Notes: generated from the sequence alone by a model not told the origin. A DNA stretch of 57,924 bases, filler included, from Sphacelaria rigidula (GCA_964200075.2; 7 parts of 7 records of this genome joined end to end with filler, not necessarily neighbours in it), one strand, 5' to 3'; shown: positions 25,690 through 38,238, counted from the first letter of the whole stretch. Numbers and translations: made by a program.

Positions 25690-27100
25690 CGCGAGAGCCG
25701 CTACGCTCTCCGTTCATACATCGGAGAATTCCCGCCGCGGATGATCAATATTATCCGTATGTTCCACGTTACGGCATGCGAGCTTGGGTACAGCTGGATA
25801 TGGCAAACCGTCAGCGTGGTTCCACGTACGCCAGGGACTCAGGCAAGGGTACAATTCGTCCCCGTCATGGCTGAACATCTTCGGCGCAGCCTTGGTCGAC
25901 GTCATCATACAGCGATTCGCGGAAGACCCAGCTATCGTCTTTCACATGGTTTGTCTAGGTCATGCGCCAAAAGGTGAAGGTGGTGCAACACCGCTGGAAG
26001 AGACGCCGCTACAGAAGGTGCGGCGCGTATTGTAGAGAGTTCTATATGCGGATGACGTAGGCGTCGTTTCGAGGTCCCCAGACGGTTTTGCTAGAATTAT
26101 GACCGCGGTGTAGGGGTGAGACTTGTCAGGAGTTGGAAGTCACGGCATTGAAGACCAAGCCAGAGTCCGTGTGCCTGTGGTCAGTACCCGGCTCCGCTGA
26201 GGCTATTTTGCGCATCAAGGCCGCAGGTCAATGGTATTCGCGGACAGCAGAGTTTGTCTACCGTGGTGATTCTGTCAGTGCGGATGTAGCTAGTCCATCC
26301 AAATTATCCGCTGCATCAGCGTTGCGTGGGCACGCCCGCAAAAGTATAGTTCCCAACTTTACCATCGGCCCAACGCCGAGCTACGTTTTGAAATCCGGCT
26401 GCTTACAGCGGAGTTGGTGGAAGCTATACTGTGCGGATGTGCTACTTGGACGCTGCGCCCAGTGGACTTCCAGAGCCTGCGCTTTGCCCGCCACAAGCGG
26501 TTGCTGCGAGTGGTTGATTTCCGCAGGAAGGAGCGAACCGACGAACAGACTCCTTCTTCGTTCAATGATGGGCTCCAGGTGAGCAACCGCGAACGCATCG
26601 AGACGGCTATCCGCAAACATCAACTCTGGTTTGCGGGGGCTCTTGTCCGGCAGGAGGAAAGACTTATTCGAGAGGTCATCATGCTCGGACGATTAGCCGC
26701 ATGAGGGGCCAAGGAGGCTGACCGGCATTCTCAACACTGGGGGGACAGTCTTAAGGAAAACGTTCTTGCATCAGGGACTCTTTCACGTAAATAGTTACTA
26801 TGGAAGTGGCTTGTCTACAGTCCGGAGATCAAACATGCACGCGCGGTTGGGCCACTACGGAGGAGAATATGGGCAAATGGCATCTTGGAGTCGAGAGAGG
26901 GACGTACGTTTTCGAGGAGACTTTGCGACGCGAAGACAAAGTCCAATTCAGCCTTCGGCACAAACTAGAGGCTAATGCGTCGAGGGACACCAATCGGAGA
27001 GTCGCGGCCGCTGACACAGCAACGGGAAAAGATTGCGAGGAATATAGAAAGGAAATGGTCGAAAGAGTGTCTCGCTTCGTACCCGACTGGGGGTGACTGA
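25690..27100 (+). mobile_element. Degenerate RTE-like LINE, 3' half (RT domain and C-terminus)
   Basis: Fragments P.MINIIRMFH, SAWFHVRQGLRQG..SSP..LNIF, VLYADD (~26040-26055), AIL.GCATWTL, IETAIRKHQLWFAGALVR and W.T...NMGKWHLGVERG, broken by many frameshifts and stops. A probable 3' UTR continues at ~28025-28700, after a MITE insertion. Confidence 0.88.
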
Positions 27101-27131
27101 GGGAAGCTGGGTTACCACGGAAATTGATGTA

Positions 27132-28022
27132 CAATGGGTTCCACACTTTAAGGCCGGCCCCGTGCATGAAGGAAAACCCGACCTTATCGCCGTTTTCGGC
27201 CAGTGTGGCCACGTCACGTGTTGAGGCCGGATCGGCCTTGAGCTGTATGCTACGCTGTAAAGCCGATTCCGGCCTTAAACCGCGCACATCCAGACGTGCG
27301 GCCGGATCGGCTCGAGTCCGCACCAAGATAAACGTGTTTAAACAAGTATGGGGTCGTGAGACACGGAGAATAGGGGCGGAGGGACAGGACACGAAATAAT
27401 GCGGCCCCAGTTGTTGCATGTGCCGTAACTGTGATTAACACTCACCTGTCAGCGACGGTCGTGAAACCTTGCGCCAAATCACCAACGTTGAATGACGAGT
27501 CAAAGCCCAGCCCACTTCCCCGTATGTGGAGACTCGTTTGTGCAGAACATTTGTTTTTGTTCGCTTTGCAAGACACAAGAAGAGGACGCAGACGGACGCC
27601 CCTTCAGCGCTCTCTGCATGAGTGCGCTGCGTCTAAAGTTGCCAATTTTGCGAATAATAAAGGAACGCAGCGGTACACCAGTACCCGATACCATAAGCCC
27701 CCCTGTATCACACCTACGGTACAATCCCGTACTGTGCCCACACCACCTGAAAACCGCCCATCAACTGCGACCGACGGTACGGATATTCGTCTGCACTTCT
27801 TTATTTTTCGTCGAGTGACGGCCGGTTTGCAGATAGACTCGGTGCCCGGCTGCAGCGGTGGGTGGGGTACCGTGGCCAACAGGGCGGCACGGTTTAAGGC
27901 CGGATTGGGCCTCTGGGAATGAAAGCGGCCTCACCGCTGTTTTAAAACCGTGCAAGCCGGAAACCCGGCCTTAACAACGTAATTGCTTTAAGGTTATCGG
28001 CCTCAGAGCGTGGAACCCACTG
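27132..28022. mobile_element. TA-flanked Tc1/mariner-type non-autonomous DNA transposon (~890 bp)
   Basis: Imperfect TIRs CAATGGGTTCCACACTTTAAGGCCG and CGGCCTCAGAGCGTGGAACCCACTG, with TA at 27130-27131 and 28023-28024. Subterminal AAGGCCG/CGGCCTT repeats occur at both ends. Confidence 0.8.
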
Positions 28023-29534
28023 TACCCCTGTTTTCTCTTGTCGATCGCTGACTGCGCCCTCCACCTGTTATCTTGCGGTGTACCCAGGTTGTGCGCTTGT
28101 ACCTGCTCTACTGCACTGTATCCTTGGGTTGCATCGCTTCCATACTTTCCTCTATCTCCGTTTCCTTTATCTCTCTCGTTCCCTCTCTCTCGCGAGCGTC
28201 CGCTGTTTCTTTCTTCCCAGTGCCATACAGTAGCAGTTTGATGCCTCGCTTCCGTATAGGGGTCATGGGTGAGTGCTCATGCCCAACTAGTACAGTCCGA
28301 AATGGCTGAGCCGCGATCTGCTTCCAAGGTCTTTTGGTTTGGTATTGTACCTGAAGCTATCTATGCTGGAAGGACCGGTCTTTTTAAATGCTGTTTTGTT
28401 TGTATTACTATATTCTAATCTTCATTTCCATTTCCCATGCTATTTCTTCTCCGTTTTCTCCCCTCATTGCCTCTCTCTGCTTGTTCTTGTTTTTGTTTCT
28501 GTATCGTGTGATTTTGCTTTTGGTTTTGGTTATTGAGGTTTCTTGCTGTGTTTGCTCCTATATATACACATTTGTTCAGTTTTTCTTTTACAAGCGTGTA
28601 CGTTTCGTTCACCCAAGGGTACTTTTTTTACCTTGTGGATAATGACCAAGACTGGGTTCTCCAGGGATCAGCTGATTTGTGATAATCAATGATCAATCAA
28701 TTGGCGACTCCGCCCTGAAGAACATCCAATGGCACGCAAAGCTGGTAAATCTTCACACATTATTGTAGCCTTCACCAAGCTACAGGAATCTTCTATAAAC
28801 ATCCAACGTGGAGGGAAAATATGAAGTGAGGATTTCATGCAACCCGCACGAACCCTCTGGTCGGATTCCTGCACTTTTTATGAAGTAGACGGGGTCTCAG
28901 TTGTTTCACCTACCCGGTAACTTCTCAGCAACAGGCCGACACTGCTACAGTATCTCATACACCGACAAGGCCAGCGATGGCTACAAAGCGCGATGCGGCT
29001 AGGAGGGGTGCCGCGCTGCTGCCATTGTTCGAAAACGTGTGGTAAGCGGATACTGATGGCATAAAGTACATGTGGTTCAGTTGCGGCCAAAGCCTTCACG
29101 AAAGTGACGCCGCGATAGCCCCCCACCCCCCTCAAACCAGCCCCGCAACTGTCACCCAGAAAATAGCCATAAACGCATGATAGCTATTGTCAAACATTCA
29201 TGAAGCCCCTCATATGGACGGCATTGGCGAAATCGGTCCACAGCGTGGGAGTTCCCAAGTGCTCGGTGTGCTCGGCTTTTCTCATTCGGGCTTATATATA
29301 GGTTTTGTCTCCTCAAACCATAGTCCTTTCTATGTGGGGGGTATAGCGGTATCAGTCCCGAATAGAATTGTCATGTAACCTATCATGTATTGGCTTCCCG
29401 ATTTATGGAGAATTGATTCACTCGTGGTGATATTTTCAGATTATCGCAACGGCATAATTGTTGTATTTTCCCATGCTGTTGCGAAATGAGGAGTAGATGT
29501 AGAATACTATGTCTCATCGACACGGCCTTCTTTT

Positions 29535-29903
29535 TTAGATGTCACAGATACCACAGAGCTAAACAGTCAGCGCTGATTGTTTAGCTCGGTGGTATCTGTG
29601 ACATCTAACAAAAAAAGCTAATCCCGGGGTCCTTCAGGCTGTTAAGCCATCGGACCCCTATTCCACCCGAGGGTTGCCACCCCTGTGATCAGCGCCGCAC
29701 TGCCCAATTCTGTCAGCAGCGCCGCTTGCCCAACCCGCATGGTACAAGCAGTCTACCTGTGCTTCTTGATCCCAGAGTGATACATACTTGTCCCTGAAAA
29801 AAAGGAAATCCCGACGCGCTGCGGTTTGAACCCCGGGATTAGCTTCTGTTAGATGTCGCAGATACCACTGATGTTTAGCTCAGTGGTATCTGTGACATCT
29901 AAC
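29535..29903. repeat. Double-hairpin element built from tRNA-like (A-box/B-box) head sequences
   Basis: Palindromes at 29535-29608 and 29848-29903 share the arm TTAGATGTCACAGATACCAC. An inverted pair AGCTAATCCCGGGG (29616) / CCCCGGGATTAGCT (29831) lies between them. Confidence 0.75.
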
Positions 29904-30030
29904 TTGTTTACGTCCTACACGAGTGAACCAAGATAAAATAAACTGCAGCACAGTAAAGACCCTCGAGTTCCGGTTGTATAAGCTGGAACGGCGAGGAAAG
30001 GGAAACGGCGGGAGACAACATGTTTCCACA

Positions 30031-30290
30031 GGCACCGTAGGTAAGGTGCCGTACCGAGCTTACCCCCGGTATTTACCGGGGTATCCCATACCGCGGTATG
30101 CATAGGTATCGTAGGTATGACATTTCAAAATACCGGATTGGGCCGGTACAGTAGGTATTGAAATCTCGAAATACCCTGGTATCGTAGGTATCGTAAGTAT
30201 AAGTTTTGAAAATACCGGATTGGACCGGTATCGGTACGGTATGTGATGTCCCAAATACCGGTACCGGGTACCTACCTTACCTACGGTACC
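30031..30290. mobile_element. MITE-like element with TIRs and internal ATACCG/CGGTAT repeats
   Basis: Ends GGCACCGTAGGTAAGGT and ACCTTACCTACGGTACC match at 16 of 17 positions when inverted. The interior is dense in GGTAT/ATACC motifs. Confidence 0.7.
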
Positions 30291-30467
30291 TTTGCATGTT
30301 TCAGGCGTCATTTCGTCACGCAATCTCTCAGCGGGATGCTCATTTTTCGTTTAGCTTTTTCTCTGGTCGTTGCGTCCATTCTACAAAACATAAAACACAA
30401 AACGTCAAAACACAGGAATTGGCAGTATTGTGTTGTCGGTGAATGTCAACGTGAGAGGAAACAGCGA

Positions 30468-30510
30468 ATCATCATCATCATCAACAACAACAACAACAAC
30501 AACAACAACA
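30468..30510 (+). repeat. Compound microsatellite (ATC)n(AAC)n
   Basis: Directly visible in the sequence. Confidence 0.9.
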
Positions 30511-31140
30511 AGGAAGATCTGGAACGTTTTGGAACGCCAGCTGTGGTCGATGACAACATCCGAAAAAGAAAAATATTTTAGGGAGTTGCGACGCGCCGGT
30601 AGAATATGGTGCCGCTCTTCTTGTTCATTTTTTTGTGGGCAAGACCCTGGACCCTCTAAGCTTAGTGAGGACTATTTTCACAGGAGGGGGCGCACAACGC
30701 ATGTATCCTGTAGTAAGCGTTCGAGAATATAGGAGAAACTAAGGCACTACATACATTTCGGTAGACGAAAATATATAATGTTTTGTTCATTAGGGTTGCT
30801 GCTATTCCGAGTGGACTTATCGGTTTGGCCGGCGAATAGTATTTTCTCCTTGTCGTTACATTAGTGTCCGTTCCCTTGTTGCCTCGCAATCTCCCGGGTG
30901 GTATTCACATTTTTATGCATTTACTCGTCCAGGTGATTATACTGGGAAACAAACCGCTGGGGGGTCAGTCAAAGTGCGACAATCAATCAATCAATCAATC
31001 AAACCTAGCGACTCCACTCAGTAATTTATCGGGGTTAGAGTACAGCGCGAGCCTGATGCTGGTCCATGTCAAAATTCTTCTTGTTTCGCAATTCTCTCAA
31101 GCCCACCGCACACGCGGCCATTAGGCTACCCCCCGAAATA

Positions 31141-31388
31141 CCTCCGGAGGGATGCGCGGCCCTCCAGAGGCAAAAACAAGCCTCCGGAGGCCTTCAATCC
31201 CTCTGGAGGAAACCAGCACATTGCCGACCTGGAGGGCCGCGCACCCATCCGGAGGAATTTGGGGGTAGAAAAATGCCTTCGGAGAGATGCGCGGCCCTCC
31301 AGAGGCGAGAACAAGCCTCCGGAGGCGTTGAATCCCTCGGGAAGAAATCAAAAATCTTCTCTGGAGGGCCGCGCACCCATCCGGAGGC
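31141..31388. repeat. Tandem pair of ~135-bp self-complementary GC-rich units
   Basis: Each unit reads GATGCGCGGCCCTCCAGAGG...AACAAGCCTCCGGAGGC...CTGGAGGGCCGCGCACCCATCCGGAGG. Confidence 0.8.
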
Positions 31389-32008
31389 GTTTGATTCTTT
31401 TTGAGACTCGAAAAGTTGACCGACCAAGAGGAATTTTGGGCGTAGCCAAATGACCGCGTGTGCGCTGCTCGGGACAAAATCCCAGTCTCAAGGGGCCGTC
31501 CTACCTTTCCCACCATACACACCGTACGTTTTGATGACGAGGAATGGATCAGCACGCCGTCGCCTCGTCGATTCTCGTGAAAAGAGATTGATTTGCGACA
31601 CACGTCCTCAGATTTTCGCCTGCGGAAATCTGATACCCTGCAGAGAAAAGCCACATGTATCTGCCGTATCTGCGCCGTGGTTTGAACCCTTTATCTTCCA
31701 CCCAATAGCAGGCTTCTGTTGTACTATTTTAGTTTAGAAGACTGGGGGGGGCGGGGGGTAAACTGGAAGCCGGTGTCTCTAGCGCAGCTAATGTGACGGC
31801 CGAAGTTTTTAAGTAGGTGATGGATGTGAACACCCGCCAAAACCGTGTTCAGGATGATATTTGGCATGCTCAGAAGGTATGTGATTGCTGGTGTTTCCTT
31901 CATTCTTCTCGATACGATTGGCAAATAAAAGTCTTGCGACGATTTTGGGATATCCTCTACAGACGCACGCATGTGTGTATAAAGCATCACGTCACAAGCG
32001 TCCGCATT

Positions 32009-32225
32009 GGTGTGTGTGTGTGTATGTTGTCCCATCTATTCTGGACGCCGGTCTACACCTTTCGGTATATGTGGGCACATCAGCCGGGGTTACACAGGAG
32101 GAAGGTCAGCACAGGAGCTTTTCCCATTTTTATTTGTTTATGGTACCCCACCTTCCTTCTGCGGTGCTTGTCTGTATTTTTTATCGTGAGAAGGATTCAG
32201 CAGCCCCTTTCAACAAAGTTCGACT
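32009..32225 (+). repeat. Interspersed SINE-like repeat starting at (GT)n; second copy inverted at ~53780-53989
   Basis: Both copies contain CCCATC.ATTCTGGACG..GTCTACACCTTTCGGTATATGTGGGC..TCAGCCGGG.T.ACACAG..GGAAGG. Confidence 0.8.
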
Positions 32226-35200
32226 TAACAGTCAGAGACAGCACTGCTTTGGTGTTGAAACACGTCGTCACCCTTTTGGAACTGATTGACGATATTTCTT
32301 TTTGTGAATGGGAATCATTTTCGGTCATTTTCAAGTCAAAAAGATGCAGGTTCACAAGAACAAAAATCGTCAATGGGTTCCCCAAGGGTTAATTAATGTT
32401 CAACCTCTCAATGATGCCCAACCTCATTTTCGAAGACGATGTCTTATTCGCACCAGTGCTTGGCAGTCAGCCGAAGGGGTCGCAAAATTGGTACCTTTGA
32501 CACAGAATGCAGTCATGTATTTCGTAACTGACGTATTTCATTTGTCGATCAGTTGATCTACAACTTTTGATGTCGCGCGGAATCTGGTTCCCCATGAATC
32601 CGGCAGAGGGCAAAGTACCGATGTACTGAGATCGAGGCACATGAGGAGAGGAAACACCGACTGGAGGAACCCCGGCAAAAAGACAATATGCGGGAAATAT
32701 GACAGGAGACACGAACCGGAAACTGGCGAAAACAGCAGGTTAAGAGCCAGTAACGCCTGTGAGGTAAGCCCTGGCAGATTTCTGCACGAGAGCCAGTGGG
32801 AGGCTAATATACAAGATCAAGACCGTGGGAAGTGGTTATGATTCTGTAGTTGTGAGAAAGCCCTGTTAGGCGAGATATCTTTTTGAAAGCATGTTGTTGG
32901 GTATTTGTGGTCATACGACGTATGGAGGTATTGTACCGTGGCTGCATCGCCTAAAAACGGATTATTATGCAAAAGAAGGAACCCTGAGGCCACCCCACGC
33001 GCACCGCCCCCCCACCCCACGACACACACCCCGATGCCAACCGCCGCCACCCCTCCAGCNNNNNNNNNNNNNNNNNNNNNNNNNNNNNNNNNNNNNNNNN
33101 NNNTTAATTAATTAANNNNNNNNNNNNNNNNNNNNNNNNNNNNNNNNNNNNNNNNNNNNGTGAAGATTTTGCCTCCCAAAACCATGCACTTTTGGGGGGG
33201 GGGGGCTATCGTAGAAAGTGTCGGGCATCAACCTCAAGTAAAAAAAGTATGCATGATCCAGAAAGACTAATCTCGCGGTTTAAAGGTTAACGAACCCCTT
33301 TTTTTCGTACACCTTTGTTGTACGCACGGCAAATATCTCTGTATAGCCACTTATCGCATGTAGGAAAGTGTCTCAGTGGAAATCGCGCGTTGGGCGCTCC
33401 CATGAGTAATTATCCCGAACATGATGTTTAGACGGAGCTTGGCACCTCGGGGCGATCGCATCCCTTCGCCGATACCGTTCCGCGGCGATTTTCCCGTTTT
33501 AGGGTCATGTCACGGTAGTCGTCGCGCCCGAAACTGCTATCTCAGCAAGAAGCGGTCGACTCAATAAAACGCATGAAGCAAAAACAAATCGACTTTGCTT
33601 TCAACAAAACAAATAGAATTAGTTAGCAACAACTTTGATCGTTTTTTATGTAAATTGCAACGTCGGCCGTACGAAACTGTCGGGTGCACGGAACGCGGAG
33701 GTGCTCGGGTCTTAATTTTCCTTTTTACGTGACCGCCCTTGTGATGGAACGTGCGGGTTCGGCCACAAACAAAGGGTTGTGGGGGCTATGAAGGCCCTCT
33801 ACAAGGGTGTCGACGAAAAACGGTTGTCATTGCCAGCTGCCAACATCCGCCCAACTCGCTCGGTGGCTGAAAAATCAACAGCGAAACGCCAATAGTCAAC
33901 CACGTAAATCTTTGACACATCACAAATGGCTTGGGATCAAGACTTAAATGTAGGACTTGCGGCAGATCTCGTGCAAAACATACAATAACCTTTGTTGGGT
34001 ATTGCAGTTCCGCAATAAGTGAAACACGTGCATAGACCAACGCCAGCGAAAAACACTCATAGCATCTCTTTTTCCACGTGGCATCGGCCCCCTTAATTGC
34101 GGGGCATTTACTGCGCACATCCCCGATAAGCACTCCGGAGACAAGATGAAGCCTAAAAAAGACAGTGAGAAGACAGCGCTAGAGGTTTCCTCCACGATAC
34201 ACTTTGCTGGGGAAGGGGAGTGCGTGATTCTCGCAATCTTGCGCCGGATGTTTTTGCTATTTCTAGAATGTAAGATGTTGGAGGAGCCTGCACAAGTGCC
34301 GGCGTCTCTTGCTAAACACGCAATGTCCGCAGGAAGAACACCTGCCCTCAACACGCGATACCCTGATGGTATGATTGCGGCATCCTGCGCAGCGGCCGCA
34401 AGTGTAGGCCGAAGAAGTGTTCGAGAAAATGCCGGCCGCCCACATCAAGACGCACGATCCGCTGGCGTCGTTTGATATCCAACCTATCCTAGGACTTTCT
34501 ATGGAAGAAAAAAGTCGACAGTGAATCGCGTCCTTCACCCCTCCAGCACCGCCACTGCGGGCACATCTGCACATATCGCACGGAGATGTAAACCGCAGAA
34601 TACTACCGGCAACCAATTCTACCATGAGACCACATCATTACATACTGCGTTGTACATGATCTCCATCCATCCGCGATACAACCCCTGGCGGCCTCGCAGT
34701 CTGGGTTCGCCGCGGTTGGTGCACTTGAGGCGCAATATAGCGCACGCCGTGATGAATATGTGCAGAGAGGGTCAGCGAGCCAGCATCATGTTTCTTTCGA
34801 CCCCGGGGAGAGAGGGAAAGAGGGGGGGAGAGGGGGGAGGGGGGGCTATCTCGCGATAGCACCGCAAATGGGACGACGTCGCCGCGCAGCATGACTGATC
34901 GGCACAAGTCCGATGCAGCATGTGCGCGAAACTCCCATGGGGTCTGCTTTTCCGTTGCTCGCTCATCGACAGCCAGATTCCAATACCATACACGACAGTC
35001 ACTGCGTTCCACAAAATCTGGGATTGTAACATCAAAATTACTGCAATCCCACCGCAGCCCCATCCATCCAACTTTATATCATACGGGAAAACAATTCTCC
35101 GGGATTGCGATCGATGCACAGGCCTGGGGATCATAGTAAAGGAGGGGGGACAGAGGGGCATGACTATTGACGCAAACCTGCTTTGCCGAAGCTCTTCGTA

Positions 35201-35399
35201 TCATACCTGTGCGTTGACCACTCTCTCACACATCGTTCATCCGGTTTAAGTACAATTCCAATACGTCCTCGCCCGTGTCTCCGTACGAAGCAAATGACTC
35301 CTCCGACGACGTGCTGCTACCGCACTCCCACTCTTCATTCGAGCTCGCCTCTGCTTCGTCGCCGCTGTCATCCCCGGGATTCACCTCATTCTGCGTCAC

Positions 35400-37890
35400 C
35401 AATTGCAAGCCTTCGCCAACCGGTACGCTTTGCGCCTGGATAGCCGGATTGCACCGCCCCTTGCACCCACACAATATCGGATGACAAGCTTTCCCCAGCT
35501 TGGCGCATTTGCATTTGCGATCGCACTCGTGTATCTCAGCCGCCGATGGGTTACACCCGCACAGAAGACGATTGATCCTCCCCGGAGGGTCGATACGTGC
35601 GTGTCCGACAAGTTGACAACAACATTGGCCTTCGTCATGGGCGTTTGTGGGTTGTCAGACGCTGTACTCCAACCGCGATTGTTGAATGCCACGTCCGCCA
35701 TAGACTTCTTCATACCCCCCATCCACTATTCCAACACAACTCCAGCTCGCTGCGCTTGGAAGCGAAGCGCATCCGCGGTCGGCACGAGGTCTGTTGGCCT
35801 CTTGCCGCCCACATTTCCACCTAAACAATCTCACCCAATTCACGAAGACCGTCACTTTCCCCTCCGCCAGGTGGTGGAGGATATACTCCGCGCTGGTGCC
35901 GGCCGTTGAAAACGCCAATTCCTTCTTGTAGAAGAAAGCGACCCTCAGAAACTGCACCACTCCCGCCTCGTCCACAGACACCACCTAGCCCTCAACCCTC
36001 AGCAGGGGCCTCGACAAAAGTCCTGGCACGCGCAGGCCTTTCAGGAGCGCGTTCCACATGAAGATGAAAGGTAGACCGTGGAAACAAGGTAGAAAATCGC
36101 AACCGCTCAGCAAGTACACTAGGACGAAGAGGGCGACCCTCGTGCGGGGAGAGTCCTTAACCCAGGCCGCGGTCCTTCCCACGCGCCGCAAGGGTCGTCT
36201 TGGAGTCCAGTGATCGCTTCGTACAAACGGTTCAAGTTCACATATTCGGGACCCTTGGACAGACGGCGCCGTACTGTTACGTCGGTGCGGTCCGGGCCCG
36301 CGGTAGCTATTTTCTTCGTGGCCATGGCCAGCAACACGATCATGATTTCGTCCGTGTCGGCAGAAGTAAGTGTCCACGTCGTCATCAGCGTTCCGTCAGG
36401 ATGCGCATATTTGGCGTGATTGATCATGAAATGCACTGCGGCGAGCTCACCCTCCCCGATCTGCGGCCCGAGCGCATGGTGGATGCTCCCCGGGTCACCT
36501 GCATCGGGACGCCAATGAAGCAAGCTGGTACATGTCCCGCTTCGGCCGCCGGCGGCCCCTCCCGCCACAGCGGCCTCATCTGCTGAACCGCCGCCCGCGG
36601 TGTGGATCGCGTCACCTGCTCCAGCACCGAGCGTCGGCGCAGTACTGGCATACTGAAGCGGAAGAGCGGAGGCGTCCATCGCTGCTCCCCCCGCCAGGTG
36701 GTCCGTGTACAGCAAACCCTTACAGACGCCGAGGGGCCGTTGATTAAGCAAGCCAGCGGCGGTGGTGAGAAAACCCCGGCGCCGGGTGCAGCGCTCATTT
36801 CGAAACCCACCGCGTGTACCCTGCCTCCGGGATGCCACACAGGCGAGAGGGGCTGATTGACTGGCACTTGCGTGAGTGCCGGACGGAGGGGTTGATATGG
36901 TGATATACGTCCCCCTGGCGCACTCGGTGCTGCAGCCATCGCCGCGGTTGCGCTGTGTGGCACGGCATCCGTTGGCGCTGCGCCACGGCAGCCGAGGTGC
37001 ATGCCAGCATTCGCGAGAGGCCGTCGCTGTGTTAACTCTACCTGACCACGTCCGATCGCCGGCGGAGTAATGATATTGCCGCTGTGTTCCGATGCTGAAT
37101 TTACGCACGCCTCCGTCACTGCTGGCTCCGCCGGCTGCCGATGTCGGCGGTTTGCAATAGTAACCGCCGGCTGGTCCACGACGATGTTGATTCCATAAAA
37201 TACCACTCTCGTTCCTGTTTGGCGCTGTAGTTCCGCATAAGCTAGAGGGCGCTCACAAATCGCCCGAGCCATGGCGTCTCGGTTCCCGGGTACACGCAAG
37301 TATGCCTGATATTCCGACCCTCCAGGTAGTCGATCACTTCGGCTCAAGTCGAAAATCCGGTCGCATTTCGACGTCTTCGCTCGCCGGTCTGCTTGCTCGT
37401 GCGCCTTGATCGGTGGCACGAGGTCAGCCCGGTCATAACATACGATCACCAACCTCGTTCCGCCTCCGCACTTTGACATGATGTTCACGCGGTGATACTC
37501 CACCACAGCCGCGTCGCCTCCGGCCAGAATGGCGGGTGGCGGACTCTTGTGGATCTCGCAAGGAAGATCGATTGCGTGTCTTTCGGTCGAATAAAAATCC
37601 TCCTCCCTTATCGCATCTGGGCACGTCTTCGACATAAACGTCTTCGGGTCCTATGACTTGTTGGCATGGCGCGCACCTGAAAGGCGGCGCGGCAAGCGGG
37701 GATATAGCGTCGGTACGTTTCCCTGCGAAGGGCTGGAGGCAGGGTTGATGGTGTTGTATACCAGCGGGTTCAGTCCAAGAGGGAATGAGGGAGTGCGTGG
37801 GCACCCCCTGCAAGTATCGAAATCAATTCTCTCCGCTGGCCGACATAGGGCGCAGGAATCAGGGGGGGGGGGATCGACCGCTAACAAACG
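35400..37890 (-). pseudogene. XPG/FEN1/XRN-like PIN 5' nuclease domain of the same element (frameshifted)
   Basis: The acidic motifs ID, YD...P.K..EQ..RR, GEGE, DTD and GCD occur in canonical order across ORFs 36424-37635, 36119-37108, 35985-36377 and 35655-35984. Confidence 0.72.
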
Positions 37891-38238
37891 AATTCTATGA
37901 CATGACGGTTTACACTCAAGTCACGTTCAAACCCCGAACAGTGCTTCCTCCACACTTTGAGCGATGGTGCCCAATGACCTCTATGTCAGTCTGATCTTCC
38001 TCGATCGCGGTGCTGACTTTTCAGCGCATTTTATCGAATCGGCGAGCTCACAGAGGTAAGCTAAGGCTTCATTTCCCCTGATACCACCACCTTAAAAAAT
38101 CAGCGCAAATGGATTATGGGGAGAAAACTCACTCGGCACCATTGCCGCAAGTGTGGAGGAAGCAATGTGTTGGGCTTGACCCTCAATCTTCTGTGAAACA
38201 TCATCTCGTATAATGGTCTGTTCACTGCTCATCTAGCG

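Noticed and set aside
35400-37890. Host XRN1/XPG/FEN1 gene or endogenous viral nuclease
   Set aside because: It is collinear with a DDE-type transposase region, frameshifted, and lacks the many short exons seen in the host genes here. No viral hallmark genes are nearby.
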